A stretch of DNA of 64,000 bases from a virus (taxonomy: Duplodnaviria; Heunggongvirae; Uroviricota; Caudoviricetes): the IMG/VR virus record IMGVR_UViG_3300043788_000176, positions 56,566 to 120,565 of that record. The stretch is one strand, 5' to 3'. Of this stretch, positions 56,003-64,000 are shown in pieces. Below the pieces are notes generated by a model. The model searched no databases. It was not told the origin of the DNA and worked only from the letters and a program-made list of their open reading frames with translations. The position numbers were made by a program, and so were the translations under genes. Position 1 is the first letter of the stretch. Every line of letters begins with the position of its first letter.

Positions 56003-56917
56003 ATGCCAGTCGCACTCTCATCGATCCACGACATGCTGCTGCCGGGGCTGCGCGCGGTCACCGGCAAATACCAGCAAATCCCCCGCCAATACGACAAGAT
56101 ATTCCAATACATCAAGTCGGAGCAGGCGGTCGAGCGCACGATTGAAAACCGTTACCTGCCCTTGGCGCGACTGAAGAATGAAGGCGCCACCACGGTTTTC
56201 GACAACCGCGCCGGTCAGCGTTTCACGTGGAACCAATCGCATCTGGAAATCGCGCTCGGCTATGCGATCACCCGGCCGGCGATCGACGACAACCTCTACA
56301 AGACCCAGTTCAATCCGTCGAACCTCGGTCTGCAAGAGAGCTTCAACCAGACCAAGGAAATCTACGCCGCCTCGGTCTTCAATCTCGGCTTCGTCTACCA
56401 GCAGGCCGTTGGTGGTGACGGTCAGCCGCTGTTCTCGACGGTTCACCCGATCGACGGCGGTTCCTACGCCAATGCCTTCACGACCGCGGCCGATCTGTCC
56501 GAGACGACACTGCTGTCGGCAATGATCTCGATCCGCCGTCAGTTTGTCGACCAAGCGGCGTTGAAGCTCTATGCGCGCGCCAAGATGCTGCTGATCCCAC
56601 CGGAGTTGGAACCAGTGGCAATCCGGCTATTGGAGACCCAACTGCGGCCCGGCACTGGCGACAACGATGTCAACGCCATCCGCTCAACCACTGGCGGTCT
56701 AAAGGAAGGGTATTTCGTCAACGACTACCTCACCTCGGCCTATTCGTGGTTCCTGCTCACTAACGTTCCGGGATTGGCGTATATGGAACGTATCCCCTTT
56801 GAGATGTCGATGGAAGTGGAGTTCAGTACCGATAATTTACTAGTGAAAGGCTACGAAAGGTACTCGCTCAGCTATTACAACCCTCGGTCGTGCTACGGCA
56901 CTAACCCAACGAGTTGA
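56003..56917 (+). CDS. putative major capsid protein
   Basis: 304-aa protein following the scaffold with a 3-nt gap to the upstream gene. A homing endonuclease sits downstream. Assigned by position and size. Confidence 0.45.
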   Translation: MPVALSSIHDMLLPGLRAVTGKYQQIPRQYDKIFQYIKSEQAVERTIENRYLPLARLKNEGATTVFDNRAGQRFTWNQSHLEIALGYAITRPAIDDNLYKTQFNPSNLGLQESFNQTKEIYAASVFNLGFVYQQAVGGDGQPLFSTVHPIDGGSYANAFTTAADLSETTLLSAMISIRRQFVDQAALKLYARAKMLLIPPELEPVAIRLLETQLRPGTGDNDVNAIRSTTGGLKEGYFVNDYLTSAYSWFLLTNVPGLAYMERIPFEMSMEVEFSTDNLLVKGYERYSLSYYNPRSCYGTNPTS

Positions 56918-56922
56918 GTTGT

Positions 56923-57969
56923 ATGCGCTGTTGCCGATCACCTGAGTTACAATCCGTCTGTAAAACGACGGAGGAATGTGCTTTGGCGACGACACCGAGA
57001 TTGAATGTGCTGCGCGAGCTTCTGGCATACGATTCGGAAACGGGCGAGTTTCGTAATCGCGTGAAACGTAGTGGGGTCCGGTTTGGCGGCTTGGCCGGAA
57101 CAATCAATTCATCTGACGGGCTGCGATATATTCGGATTGATGGTCGACGGCATGCCGCGCAGCGACTTGCGTGGCTCTACATACATGGCGTAATGCCGAA
57201 GGAAGAGGTTGGTTTTAAAGACCCAACGCTGCCGAGCCCAGCCCGCGAGCGCCTCGCTAACTTAGCCGTCGTGGTTCCTGGCGCGCTTACGGCAGATGAT
57301 GTCCGGAAAATTCTCCATTACGACGCCAAAACGGGAATCTTCACATATCGGGCTTCTCGAAAATCGGTTACGGCAGGCAAACGGGCTGGCAGTGTTGAGC
57401 CGAACGGATATCGGTTTATTGGGTTCAGAGGCGAGCGGCATCCTGCGCAGCGTTTGGCGTGGCTTTATGTCTACGGCGAATGGCCAGATGGTGCTGTGCG
57501 GTTCCGCAATAACGATCGCGATGATTGCCGGATCGAAAATCTGTACCAGCCTGATGGCTATAGCCAAGTGCCTGAGTTGCGCTATGCACATGCGCGCGAA
57601 GACCGAAAGAACAATCCGGCCAAATATCGTCGTTACGACATCCGCAAAAAGTGGGGTCACGAAGGCGAGGTCGTCTTTGCTCGCCTATTTGCTGAGCAGA
57701 ACGGTGTCTGTGCCAGTTGCGGCGAGCCCGAGACTGCGATGCGCAATGGCAAGGTCAAGGCGCTCGCCATGGATCACGATCACGCTCTCGAAGAGGCGAC
57801 TGGCGAACTACACGTTCGAGGGTTGCTCTGCGGTCGATGCAATCCGCTCATCGGCTTTGCAAAAGACGATACTGCCCGAATGCACAAGGCGATAGCGTAC
57901 ATGGAGCGCGTAGGCATCGTTCGTTCGGAGAACGTGATCACGCTGCCCAAGAAAAAGGACAGCGCCTGA
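56923..57969 (+). CDS. free-standing homing endonuclease: tandem HNH_3-like modules plus C-terminal endonuclease VII domain
   Basis: Two copies of L(R/K)ELL.YD..TG.F..R...G(Y)R(Y/F)I...G.RH.AQRLAWLY(I/V)(H/Y)G. The second copy has DNRIENL-like NNDRDDCRIENL. C-terminus CASCGEPE...LAMDHDHALEEATGELHVRGLLCGRCNPLIGF matches T4 EndoVII (C..C...DHDH...VRGLLC..CN..G). Confidence 0.6.
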   Translation: MRCCRSPELQSVCKTTEECALATTPRLNVLRELLAYDSETGEFRNRVKRSGVRFGGLAGTINSSDGLRYIRIDGRRHAAQRLAWLYIHGVMPKEEVGFKDPTLPSPARERLANLAVVVPGALTADDVRKILHYDAKTGIFTYRASRKSVTAGKRAGSVEPNGYRFIGFRGERHPAQRLAWLYVYGEWPDGAVRFRNNDRDDCRIENLYQPDGYSQVPELRYAHAREDRKNNPAKYRRYDIRKKWGHEGEVVFARLFAEQNGVCASCGEPETAMRNGKVKALAMDHDHALEEATGELHVRGLLCGRCNPLIGFAKDDTARMHKAIAYMERVGIVRSENVITLPKKKDSA

Positions 57970-58884
57970 ATGGCTCGCACTGATTTCACTGGCCCGGTAA
58001 TAGCGTTTGGCAAGGGTCGCAGCCCTGGCGGTATTGGGTTTTCGCAGGACAACAACCCTGACGATCCGGCGCCATCGCTGGGCAATAGGGGCTGGGGCTG
58101 GCTAGACCCGCGTCCGCCGTTCACCTATCAGCCGGGGATGAGCGCGACGGAGCCGTTCTACGGGTTCGCGGCCGGCGAACTTACTCTGATCGACCAAGCG
58201 CCATCAGCGTTGGCGGCCAACAACATCGCGGCATCGCAGGCAGTAACTGCCGGCACTGCGGCGACATTGGTTGCGACTAGCGGTGCCGGAATTACGGTCG
58301 GCGCTTCGGTGGTCAATGCGCTGACTGGGCAACTGGTCACTGGTTTGTTGGCGATCGACGGCACGCATGGCGGGGTGGCATTTGGTGCCAATGCTGCTGC
58401 CAATTCGTGGAATCCGGCAACGGCGATAAGCCGCTGTCTGGTTGTCGCTGGTCTTACCGGAACGATGCTGATTTCGGGTTACGACCTCTACGGTTACCCG
58501 ATGACGCAGTTGGTGACGGGCGCTGCGACGACACTGAAGGCGTTCAAGTACGTGGCGTCGGCAGTGCCGCAGGCCGGGTCAAGCGGCAGCGCGCTGACGA
58601 TCGGCACGACCGACGTGTATGGCATTCCGCTGGCGGTGTCGGCTTTCGGATACCTCACGGTTTATTGGAACAACGCGCTGATCGCGGTTGCTGGGACGGG
58701 TGTCGCATTTGTCCCGGCGGTAACGACCTCGCCGAGCACCAATCTGCTTGGTGACGTTCGCGGCACGCTGAACATCGGCACCGGCGCGGCGTCAAACGGC
58801 ACTGTCGCAATGCAATTGTTCTGGCGGCCCAATGTGAATAATATGCTGACTCAGGCTGGCATCTTCGGAGTCCAGCAGCAGTAG
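57970..58884 (+). CDS. putative virion structural protein (Gly/Ala/Thr-rich beta protein)
   Basis: 304 aa. Follows the homing endonuclease with a 1-nt gap. Composition is typical of phage fibre or decoration proteins. Confidence 0.35.
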   Translation: MARTDFTGPVIAFGKGRSPGGIGFSQDNNPDDPAPSLGNRGWGWLDPRPPFTYQPGMSATEPFYGFAAGELTLIDQAPSALAANNIAASQAVTAGTAATLVATSGAGITVGASVVNALTGQLVTGLLAIDGTHGGVAFGANAAANSWNPATAISRCLVVAGLTGTMLISGYDLYGYPMTQLVTGAATTLKAFKYVASAVPQAGSSGSALTIGTTDVYGIPLAVSAFGYLTVYWNNALIAVAGTGVAFVPAVTTSPSTNLLGDVRGTLNIGTGAASNGTVAMQLFWRPNVNNMLTQAGIFGVQQQ

Positions 58885-58985
58885 CCAATACCGCCGCCAA
58901 TGCGGCAGTAGCCTCGCCCCTTTGCCGGGCGGGTCCCAGCTGGGAAACCGGCGGCGCGGATCGCCGAGATTGAAGGAGACTAGCG

Positions 58986-59384
58986 ATGGCCGGAAGAGGA
59001 CATCACAGACGCAAGGGCGGCGAAGTCGACATGCCAGAGGAGCATGGCGGCAAGCCAATGAGCTACACGGCGGACAACAACGTCGAGAAAGAGGCTGAGG
59101 GCGAAGAGCGCAGCAAGGGCGGTCGTGCCAAGCGCGCTCGCGGCGGCGCTGCCAAGCATCACGTCGAGCACCATCAGGCCGAGCATGTCGAGCACCACCA
59201 CTACAAGCGGGGTGGCGCAATGAAAGAGGCCGAGATGGAAGGCGGCAAGACCAAGCATCGCCGGATGGACCGCCCTGGTCGCAAGCGCGGGGGCGGTATT
59301 GGTGCTGATGCGACGCCACTGTCAACGGCGGCCCGCACCAAGCAAGAGGGCCACATGGCCGATAACGACGAACTCGCGTCTTAG
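58986..59384 (+). CDS. basic His-rich protein with KRGG/RARGG repeats
   Basis: KRARGGAAKHHVEHHQAEHVEHHHYKRGGAMKE...RKRGGGIGAD, the same repeat type as in 49907..50944. Confidence 0.4.
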   Translation: MAGRGHHRRKGGEVDMPEEHGGKPMSYTADNNVEKEAEGEERSKGGRAKRARGGAAKHHVEHHQAEHVEHHHYKRGGAMKEAEMEGGKTKHRRMDRPGRKRGGGIGADATPLSTAARTKQEGHMADNDELAS

Positions 59385-59402
59385 TTGTAGCGAGTAATTC
59401 TG

Positions 59403-59864
59403 ATGGCCAAGAAGGGCCGTGAGGCGGATTGCGACGATGTGACTCTGCCGTCAATCCCAGATGCCCCTGGGGTCGGCAAGATGCCGCATTACAAGCGCGG
59501 TGGTGCTGCCAATGGCATTGGGCCATTGCCGCACTACAGCCGTGGGGGGAAAACCAAGCATGTTGAAGAAGACGGCGGCTCTAAGGGCCGCCGCCGCCTG
59601 GATCGCGCGCAGCGATGTGAGGGTGGTCGGAAGAGCGGCGGGCGCTTGACCTACGGCGAGCGCGAGAAAATGCCAAGCAGTGAATTCGCGCTGCCCGGCA
59701 AGGGATCTGGCCCCAAGGGTAAGGGCGGAGGCTCTTACCCGATTCCAGACGAAAGTCATGGACGCAATGCGTTGGCCAGAGTCGCGCAACACGGCTCGCC
59801 GGCTGAAAAAGCTGAGGTTCGTCGGAAGGTGCACGCCAAATTCCCAGACATTGGCAAAGAGTGA
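59403..59864 (+). CDS. basic protein with HYKRGG/HYSRGG repeats
   Basis: MPHYKRGGAANGIGPLPHYSRGGKTKH...EGGRKSGG. C-terminus GSYPIPDESHGRNALARVAQHGSPAEKAEVRRKVHAKFP. Confidence 0.4.
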   Translation: MAKKGREADCDDVTLPSIPDAPGVGKMPHYKRGGAANGIGPLPHYSRGGKTKHVEEDGGSKGRRRLDRAQRCEGGRKSGGRLTYGEREKMPSSEFALPGKGSGPKGKGGGSYPIPDESHGRNALARVAQHGSPAEKAEVRRKVHAKFPDIGKE

Positions 59865-59929
59865 CGCACTGCGCTGTCTCGCAATCGTCACTTACGCGTT
59901 GGGCCAATAAATGATATTAGGACACCGCA

Positions 59930-60358
59930 ATGAGTGATCCGCCCGACGCACTGAGCCAGCCGATCAATATCTTCAATTTCGGCAGCTACCTCGGTCAGGT
60001 GCTGGCGATCGTGCAGGACATCGCGCAGTCGGTTGCCGCAATAATTTTCACTCAGAACGAAGCAACCGTCACCGAAAATCTGCTGGCCACCAACCAGGTT
60101 GCATTGCAGAACCAGGTCACGCTGTTGACGCAACAGGTCGCCGCGCTGGCAGCCACTGTTGGGAACACCGTCAATCTGCTGCTGGTGACGATTGAGGGGT
60201 TGGGCAATGTTGCCACTGCCCCATTGCAGCAGGAGGAGATCACCCTGCTCGAAGAGATCGCGCAGAACGTCGCTCCAACCCGGCCGGTCGAACTGGGGTT
60301 GGATTTCACCAATGTCACTTCGACCAAACAATCCGCGCCAACCGACGCGGGTCCGTGA
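59930..60358 (+). CDS. hypothetical structural protein sharing a C-terminal motif with the next gene
   Basis: Ends ...VELGLDFTNVTSTKQSAPTDAGP. Confidence 0.35.
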   Translation: MSDPPDALSQPINIFNFGSYLGQVLAIVQDIAQSVAAIIFTQNEATVTENLLATNQVALQNQVTLLTQQVAALAATVGNTVNLLLVTIEGLGNVATAPLQQEEITLLEEIAQNVAPTRPVELGLDFTNVTSTKQSAPTDAGP

Positions 60359-60373
60359 AGCCAATAGGAGCTT

Positions 60374-60796
60374 TTGATGGCAACTCTCACTACCCTACCC
60401 AATGGCCACTTGGCGCTGCCAAGCGACGAGGTCACCGCAATCGCGCTGGTTGCCCTTGACGCGTCCGGCACTCAAGTGCCGATGCCTGCCAGCAACGTCT
60501 CGACGGTTGTAACCACCGGCACCTTTGCCGCCAGCCTCGGCGCCGCAATTGGTGTCATGCCGGGCACGACCAACGCTGCTGTAATCCTGACCCCGCTCGT
60601 ACTCGAAAGCGATGCGGGCAATTCGGGCGGCGGCATCGGGCTGACGATCACCGACACGGCCGGCTTGCCGATCACAACGGGGACGACCGCTGCGTTGTTC
60701 GACATCGTTGTTGATGCGACACCGGCAGCTGAGGGTCTTGACCTTACGAATGTCGTTTCGACCCCGCAGACGGCACCAGTCGCGCCTGGCCCGTAA
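60374..60796 (+). CDS. hypothetical structural protein sharing a C-terminal motif with the previous gene
   Basis: Ends ...AEGLDLTNVVSTPQTAPVAPGP. Thr/Gly/Ala-rich. Confidence 0.35.
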   Translation: MMATLTTLPNGHLALPSDEVTAIALVALDASGTQVPMPASNVSTVVTTGTFAASLGAAIGVMPGTTNAAVILTPLVLESDAGNSGGGIGLTITDTAGLPITTGTTAALFDIVVDATPAAEGLDLTNVVSTPQTAPVAPGP

Positions 60797-60819
60797 TCGC
60801 GCGCTTAGGGAGATAGAGG

Positions 60820-61026
60820 ATGGTCGGCCTTCTGATCCAGGTTCTGATCCTGTGCCTTGTTCTGGGGCTGATCCTCTATATTTTTGGAGCGGTGCCAATC
60901 TTGGCGCCGTTCCGCTGGCTCGCGCAGATCATCTGCGTCGTCATCGTGGTGATTTTTCTGATCGAGATCCTGCTCGGCATCTCGGGTGGCGGGGTGAGCT
61001 TCCCCGCATTCCACGCGATCAGATGA
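60820..61026 (+). CDS. small two-helix membrane protein (holin-like)
   Basis: MVGLLIQVLILCLVLGLILYIFG and IICVVIVVIFLIEILLGISG. Last plus-strand gene; its end overlaps the convergent purA-like gene by 8 nt. Confidence 0.35.
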   Translation: MVGLLIQVLILCLVLGLILYIFGAVPILAPFRWLAQIICVVIVVIFLIEILLGISGGGVSFPAFHAIR

Positions 61027-62137
61027 CCGTTTCGGTCTGATCGCGGCGCGGGCCAAACCCGCGATAGCCGATCGCTAACCCGACATCGGGCAAGTCGATC
61101 GTAACCTGATCGCAACAGGTCAGAGCGAGATGCGCAGACGATACTGAGCGACCACCAATCGCTAGGTCGTGGCTCACCCTTTCTTTGAGGCCACGCGGAT
61201 CGAGATGACCAAAGCGCAAGGTGCCTTGGTAGGGATGACTTTGGTTGGTTGCATCTATCGGGACCGGGTTCGGGACAAATTCGTTTTTGATCGCCCCAGC
61301 GCCGTGGCGCGTCAAATAGGTGCGCGAGACGTAAACAACCTCAAGTTCGAGGGCGAGTGCGCGGGCGATCGGCACGATATTTTTGAGCCCCGTGTTCGAT
61401 CGGGTCACATGCGGGAACTCGCCGTATTCCTGGTCTAGCAGCAACCCCTGTGCGCCCTCGAAGATGATCTGCGAACTCTGGATGTATTCCAGTCCCGCTG
61501 AGGGTACAGCATGATCGAACTTCCGCACGGCGGCGATGAACGCGTCAATCCAGTTGTTGCCGAGATGCGTGTCGTCTCCAACCAGTGGCGGGACGCCAAG
61601 TTGGTGCAGTCGCGCGGGCATCCAGTTGTCGCGGATGTTGATCAGTTTCTGCTTCAATAATTTGTCAGGAGCTGACAGGTCGTCTTTTAACAGGCGAAAG
61701 GCTGGATAGTTGTTGCGCTCAATGGTCTCGCCAAATCCGACCCCGCAACTACCGTGTCGCGCGGCACCTCGGTGATCTTCGACCATCTGGTTGATCAGCA
61801 TGTCGTAAGGCGTCGTCACGTAGCAGCGCGGGTCAGCCGCGACTGGTGGCGCTAGCCGAACCTCCAGAAACTCGGCGTATTCATGCCAAAACAAGATCGG
61901 ATTGAGCACAAAGTGCTTGGCGAGGTAGGTCTTGGCCCCAGCAAGTGTGCCGGAGCCAAGATGGTGGAACACATGCCGCCGCTCGTCGGGCGTGACGACG
62001 GTGTGCCCAGCTTGGGCTCCGCCATTAAAGCGCACGACAGCGCAATCGGCCGAGACGCCAGATGCGAGGTAATCAACCATCCGCCCTTTGGCCTCGTCGC
62101 CGTAGTTGGCCCCGATAACGGCTGTCGCGCGCCTCAT
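61019..62137 (-). CDS. adenylosuccinate synthetase (PurA) family protein, short phage type (PurZ-like candidate)
   Basis: GANYGDEAKGRMVDYL (PurA P-loop GDEGKGK), NGGAQAGHTVV (GGHNAGHT), IFEGAQGLLLDQEYGEFPHVTRSNT ([24 protein letters not shown]), RFGHLD (RRTGWLD). Only 372 aa versus about 430 for PurA. Guanine-binding TKLD is replaced by TCCD. Confidence 0.6.
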   Translation of the reverse strand: MRRATAVIGANYGDEAKGRMVDYLASGVSADCAVVRFNGGAQAGHTVVTPDERRHVFHHLGSGTLAGAKTYLAKHFVLNPILFWHEYAEFLEVRLAPPVAADPRCYVTTPYDMLINQMVEDHRGAARHGSCGVGFGETIERNNYPAFRLLKDDLSAPDKLLKQKLINIRDNWMPARLHQLGVPPLVGDDTHLGNNWIDAFIAAVRKFDHAVPSAGLEYIQSSQIIFEGAQGLLLDQEYGEFPHVTRSNTGLKNIVPIARALALELEVVYVSRTYLTRHGAGAIKNEFVPNPVPIDATNQSHPYQGTLRFGHLDPRGLKERVSHDLAIGGRSVSSAHLALTCCDQVTIDLPDVGLAIGYRGFGPRRDQTETVI

Positions 62138-62152
62138 GGGTCGAGCCTCCAG

Positions 62153-63079
62153 TTAGTAGTTGAGTCTGACGGCTCCCTCGCGGCGCTCGCCGGCAACGAT
62201 ATCGCGGATCGCATTGGCGACCACGACTGACGTGGCGCCAGACCACGACCCGGCGACGGCATCTTTGTCGCGACCCTCGGCAACCTCGATTGCGGAGACG
62301 ATCACTTCAGCGAGTTTTCGGTGATCAGCGAGAGGCAGAACATGCTGGCCCAAGGTCTCGACCCATTCGCGGCGGACCTGATCGGGATGCCGCTGCGCGT
62401 GGCTACCTTCCTCGACGATGACGTGGAAGATGTCATATGTCGCGGAGGCCAATTTCAGGATTTCGGGTCCGGTCAGATCCTTGACCTCGTCGAGACCGAG
62501 GAATTGCTTGATGTGCTTGGCGTACAGAATCGGGGTCGGCTGTTCGTCGCCGACGGTGAACAGATACCCGCGTTTGCCACGTTTCTCGAAACAGTCAATC
62601 GAGGTCTTGGTTGCCGCGAACAGCCATGCGGCGGCGTAGGATTCGTAGTGGTTGCCACCGCCGCCGCGCTCCAGGTGGATTTTCTCCATCTGCTCGACGA
62701 GCGGTTTGTTCTCGGCTTCGAACTGGGTTGCCTGCACCGGCGAGCGATCACATTCGAAATCGCCGATTCCCATGATCATAATGTGCGGGTCGGTGATCGG
62801 CCGGCGCTCGTAGATTGAGGCAACGAGGGTGCCGAGGCTGTCGCGCGCCATCACGTCGAGGACTTTGTCCATCGACCCGGTGACATCGAGCGCGACGATC
62901 AGCGCCGTGGAGTTCGGATTGGACGCCGAGTCTCGCGATTCGCGCAGCTTGATATCGGCAGGCGCGAGGTCGGGGGCCAAGCGGCTCGACCGAAAGATGT
63001 GATCAACGGTCGGGTTTGATGCGTTATATGACGCTCGGGTGCTCGACCAAGATTTCGGGTCCCACCTGCCATCGCCCAT
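62153..63079 (-). CDS. von Willebrand factor A (VWA) domain protein
   Basis: MIDAS motif LIVALDVTGSMDK (D-x-T-G-S) plus downstream Thr/Asp ligands. Forms a two-gene minus unit with the purA-like gene. Confidence 0.5.
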   Translation of the reverse strand: MGDGRWDPKSWSSTRASYNASNPTVDHIFRSSRLAPDLAPADIKLRESRDSASNPNSTALIVALDVTGSMDKVLDVMARDSLGTLVASIYERRPITDPHIMIMGIGDFECDRSPVQATQFEAENKPLVEQMEKIHLERGGGGNHYESYAAAWLFAATKTSIDCFEKRGKRGYLFTVGDEQPTPILYAKHIKQFLGLDEVKDLTGPEILKLASATYDIFHVIVEEGSHAQRHPDQVRREWVETLGQHVLPLADHRKLAEVIVSAIEVAEGRDKDAVAGSWSGATSVVVANAIRDIVAGERREGAVRLNY

Positions 63080-63157
63080 GATTTTCTCCTCTGGTTAAGT
63101 GAACGCCTTGAGAATAGGGTCTCTGTTGGAAAAATCAACGGGGTCGATAAAAAGGGA

Positions 63158-63186
63158 TTGACAGACCCTGTTGGGGTCGCCATCAT
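63158..63186 (+). promoter_or_regulatory. sigma70-like promoter candidate (TTGACA-17-CATCAT)
   Basis: Perfect -35 TTGACA at 63158-63163 and a 4/6 -10 at 63181-63186, upstream of a short transcript ending at the 63343 terminator. Confidence 0.25.
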
Positions 63187-63342
63187 CTCCCTCGTCATGC
63201 AGCGAATTGCCGGCACACAAGGCTTAGAACGAGCGGATCATCTCCGTTGGTTCGGCATGTGTACGTACCCATCCTTGGGGAATCCGCAAGCATGAGGTAG
63301 GGGTTGTTCGGCAGTTGCCGATAGGATCGCGAGATCATCAGC

Positions 63343-63375
63343 CCCCGCCAGTTCCCCCTGAGCGGGGGTTTTGTT
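63343..63375 (+). terminator. intrinsic terminator (CCCCCGC-N12-GCGGGGG followed by TTTTGTT)
   Basis: 7-bp GC stem and a U-tract seen directly in the sequence. Confidence 0.4.
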
Positions 63376-63762
63376 CGAAGGTGAACGGCCAGCCTTGATA
63401 GCAGTGGCCGTCGGGCTTCCGACCTCTCACCCGCAAGGGTCAAGTCGGTCATTCCCACACCAAGCCCCCATGCAGTAGCATGGGCTGAGGTGCAGCGATC
63501 TACGTTATGTCAGCGCAAAAGGGAGACCCCTTGGTTATAGGATCGACAAAGGTCTGAGCCATCGGCTGCCACCATCGCTCTGGACGAAATCGATCGCCTT
63601 GGCAGAGGAAATCGCAAGTGAGCGCCGCCGGTGTAGGCGGATTGCTAGTACGGCGACCAAGGGAGTTCTCTTTTGCGCTAACATGGGGGCGTCGTTCAAC
63701 GCGAGGATCTCTGGCCTGCAACCAGAAGATGAGAGTTGGACTCTCTCCGCCTCCACCAATAC

Positions 63763-63838
63763 GCGGCTATAGCTCAACGGCTGAGAGCGTAGCGTTGCCA
63801 ACGCTGAGATGAGGTTTCGACCACCTCTAGCCGCTCCA
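63763..63838 (+). tRNA. tRNA-Gly (anticodon GCC), CCA encoded
   Basis: Manual fold: acceptor GCGGCTA/TAGCCGC, D-stem GCTC/GAGC, anticodon stem TAGCG/CGCTG with loop TTGCCAA, T-arm GAGGT-TTCGACC-ACCTC, discriminator T, 3' CCA. 76 nt. Confidence 0.8.
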
Positions 63839-64000
63839 ATACGGGACCACTGGTTTAATTCGCGCCGTTAAGAGCGTGACCCGTAACGCTGTTAGCGACA
63901 AGACGGTGAGTGTCGCGGGCTCCATTTCCCGAACAACCCCGTCAGCCGACGGATGGTCGTGGAAACCTGTGGAGCACCATCGTGGTCGGCACCCTTTGCG

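Noticed and set aside
58792-59526. 244-aa minus-strand ORF
   Set aside because: Antisense to the two basic KRGG-repeat genes and the end of 57970.
63080-63760. Possible tmRNA or other long structured RNA upstream of tRNA-Gly
   Set aside because: Looked for a tag-peptide reading frame (ANDxxA...AA) and a tRNA-Ala-like domain; none found. Only local hairpins and a promoter/terminator pair are supported.
1-64000. CRISPR array, integrase/excisionase, tail and DNA-polymerase genes
   Set aside because: Read through for regularly spaced direct repeats and for R..HxxR..Y recombinase or polymerase motifs in all ORFs of at least 60 aa; none seen in this window. These functions must lie outside it if present.

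Overview
This high-GC window (alphaproteobacterial-type composition) is almost entirely a temperate-phage or prophage genome segment with a lambda-like regulatory architecture and T7-like head genes.

Layout, left to right:
- 1-1905: partial GT1 glycosyltransferase and an S53 (sedolisin-like) peptidase.
- 2075-9193, minus strand: leftward early operon with a RecT annealase plus putative exonuclease, and a classical-clade AAA+ ATPase and small partner immediately downstream of a CI-like repressor (9204-9542).
- 9602-17198, plus strand: divergent Cro-like gene and a rightward operon with two ParB-like nuclease-domain proteins, a GapR-like protein, a DUF1064-like protein and an orphan N6A/N4C DNA methyltransferase.
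- 17384-22124, minus strand: an accessory operon rich in secreted proteins, including a Tat-signal protein.
- 24421-28200, minus strand: a block with an M28-like peptidase and a Cys-rich multi-zinc-ribbon protein.
- 28396-61026, plus strand: long late region. It contains a TerS-like gene; about 9.5 kb of small accessory ORFs including an 8-member paralogous 'MPFDG' family and a PEP-CTERM cargo gene; a T7 gp19-like terminase large subunit split by a 437-aa LAGLIDADG intein; a portal; a membrane/SPFH cluster; an HslV/proteasome-like Thr peptidase and a GroES-like protein at the prohead-protease position; a scaffold; a capsid; a free-standing HNH/EndoVII homing endonuclease; and basic KRGG/His-rich proteins.
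- 61019-63079, minus strand: a short PurA-family (PurZ-like) gene next to a VWA protein.
- 63080-63838: a structured non-coding stretch followed by tRNA-Gly(GCC).

No integrase, CRISPR array, tail genes or DNA polymerase were seen in the window.
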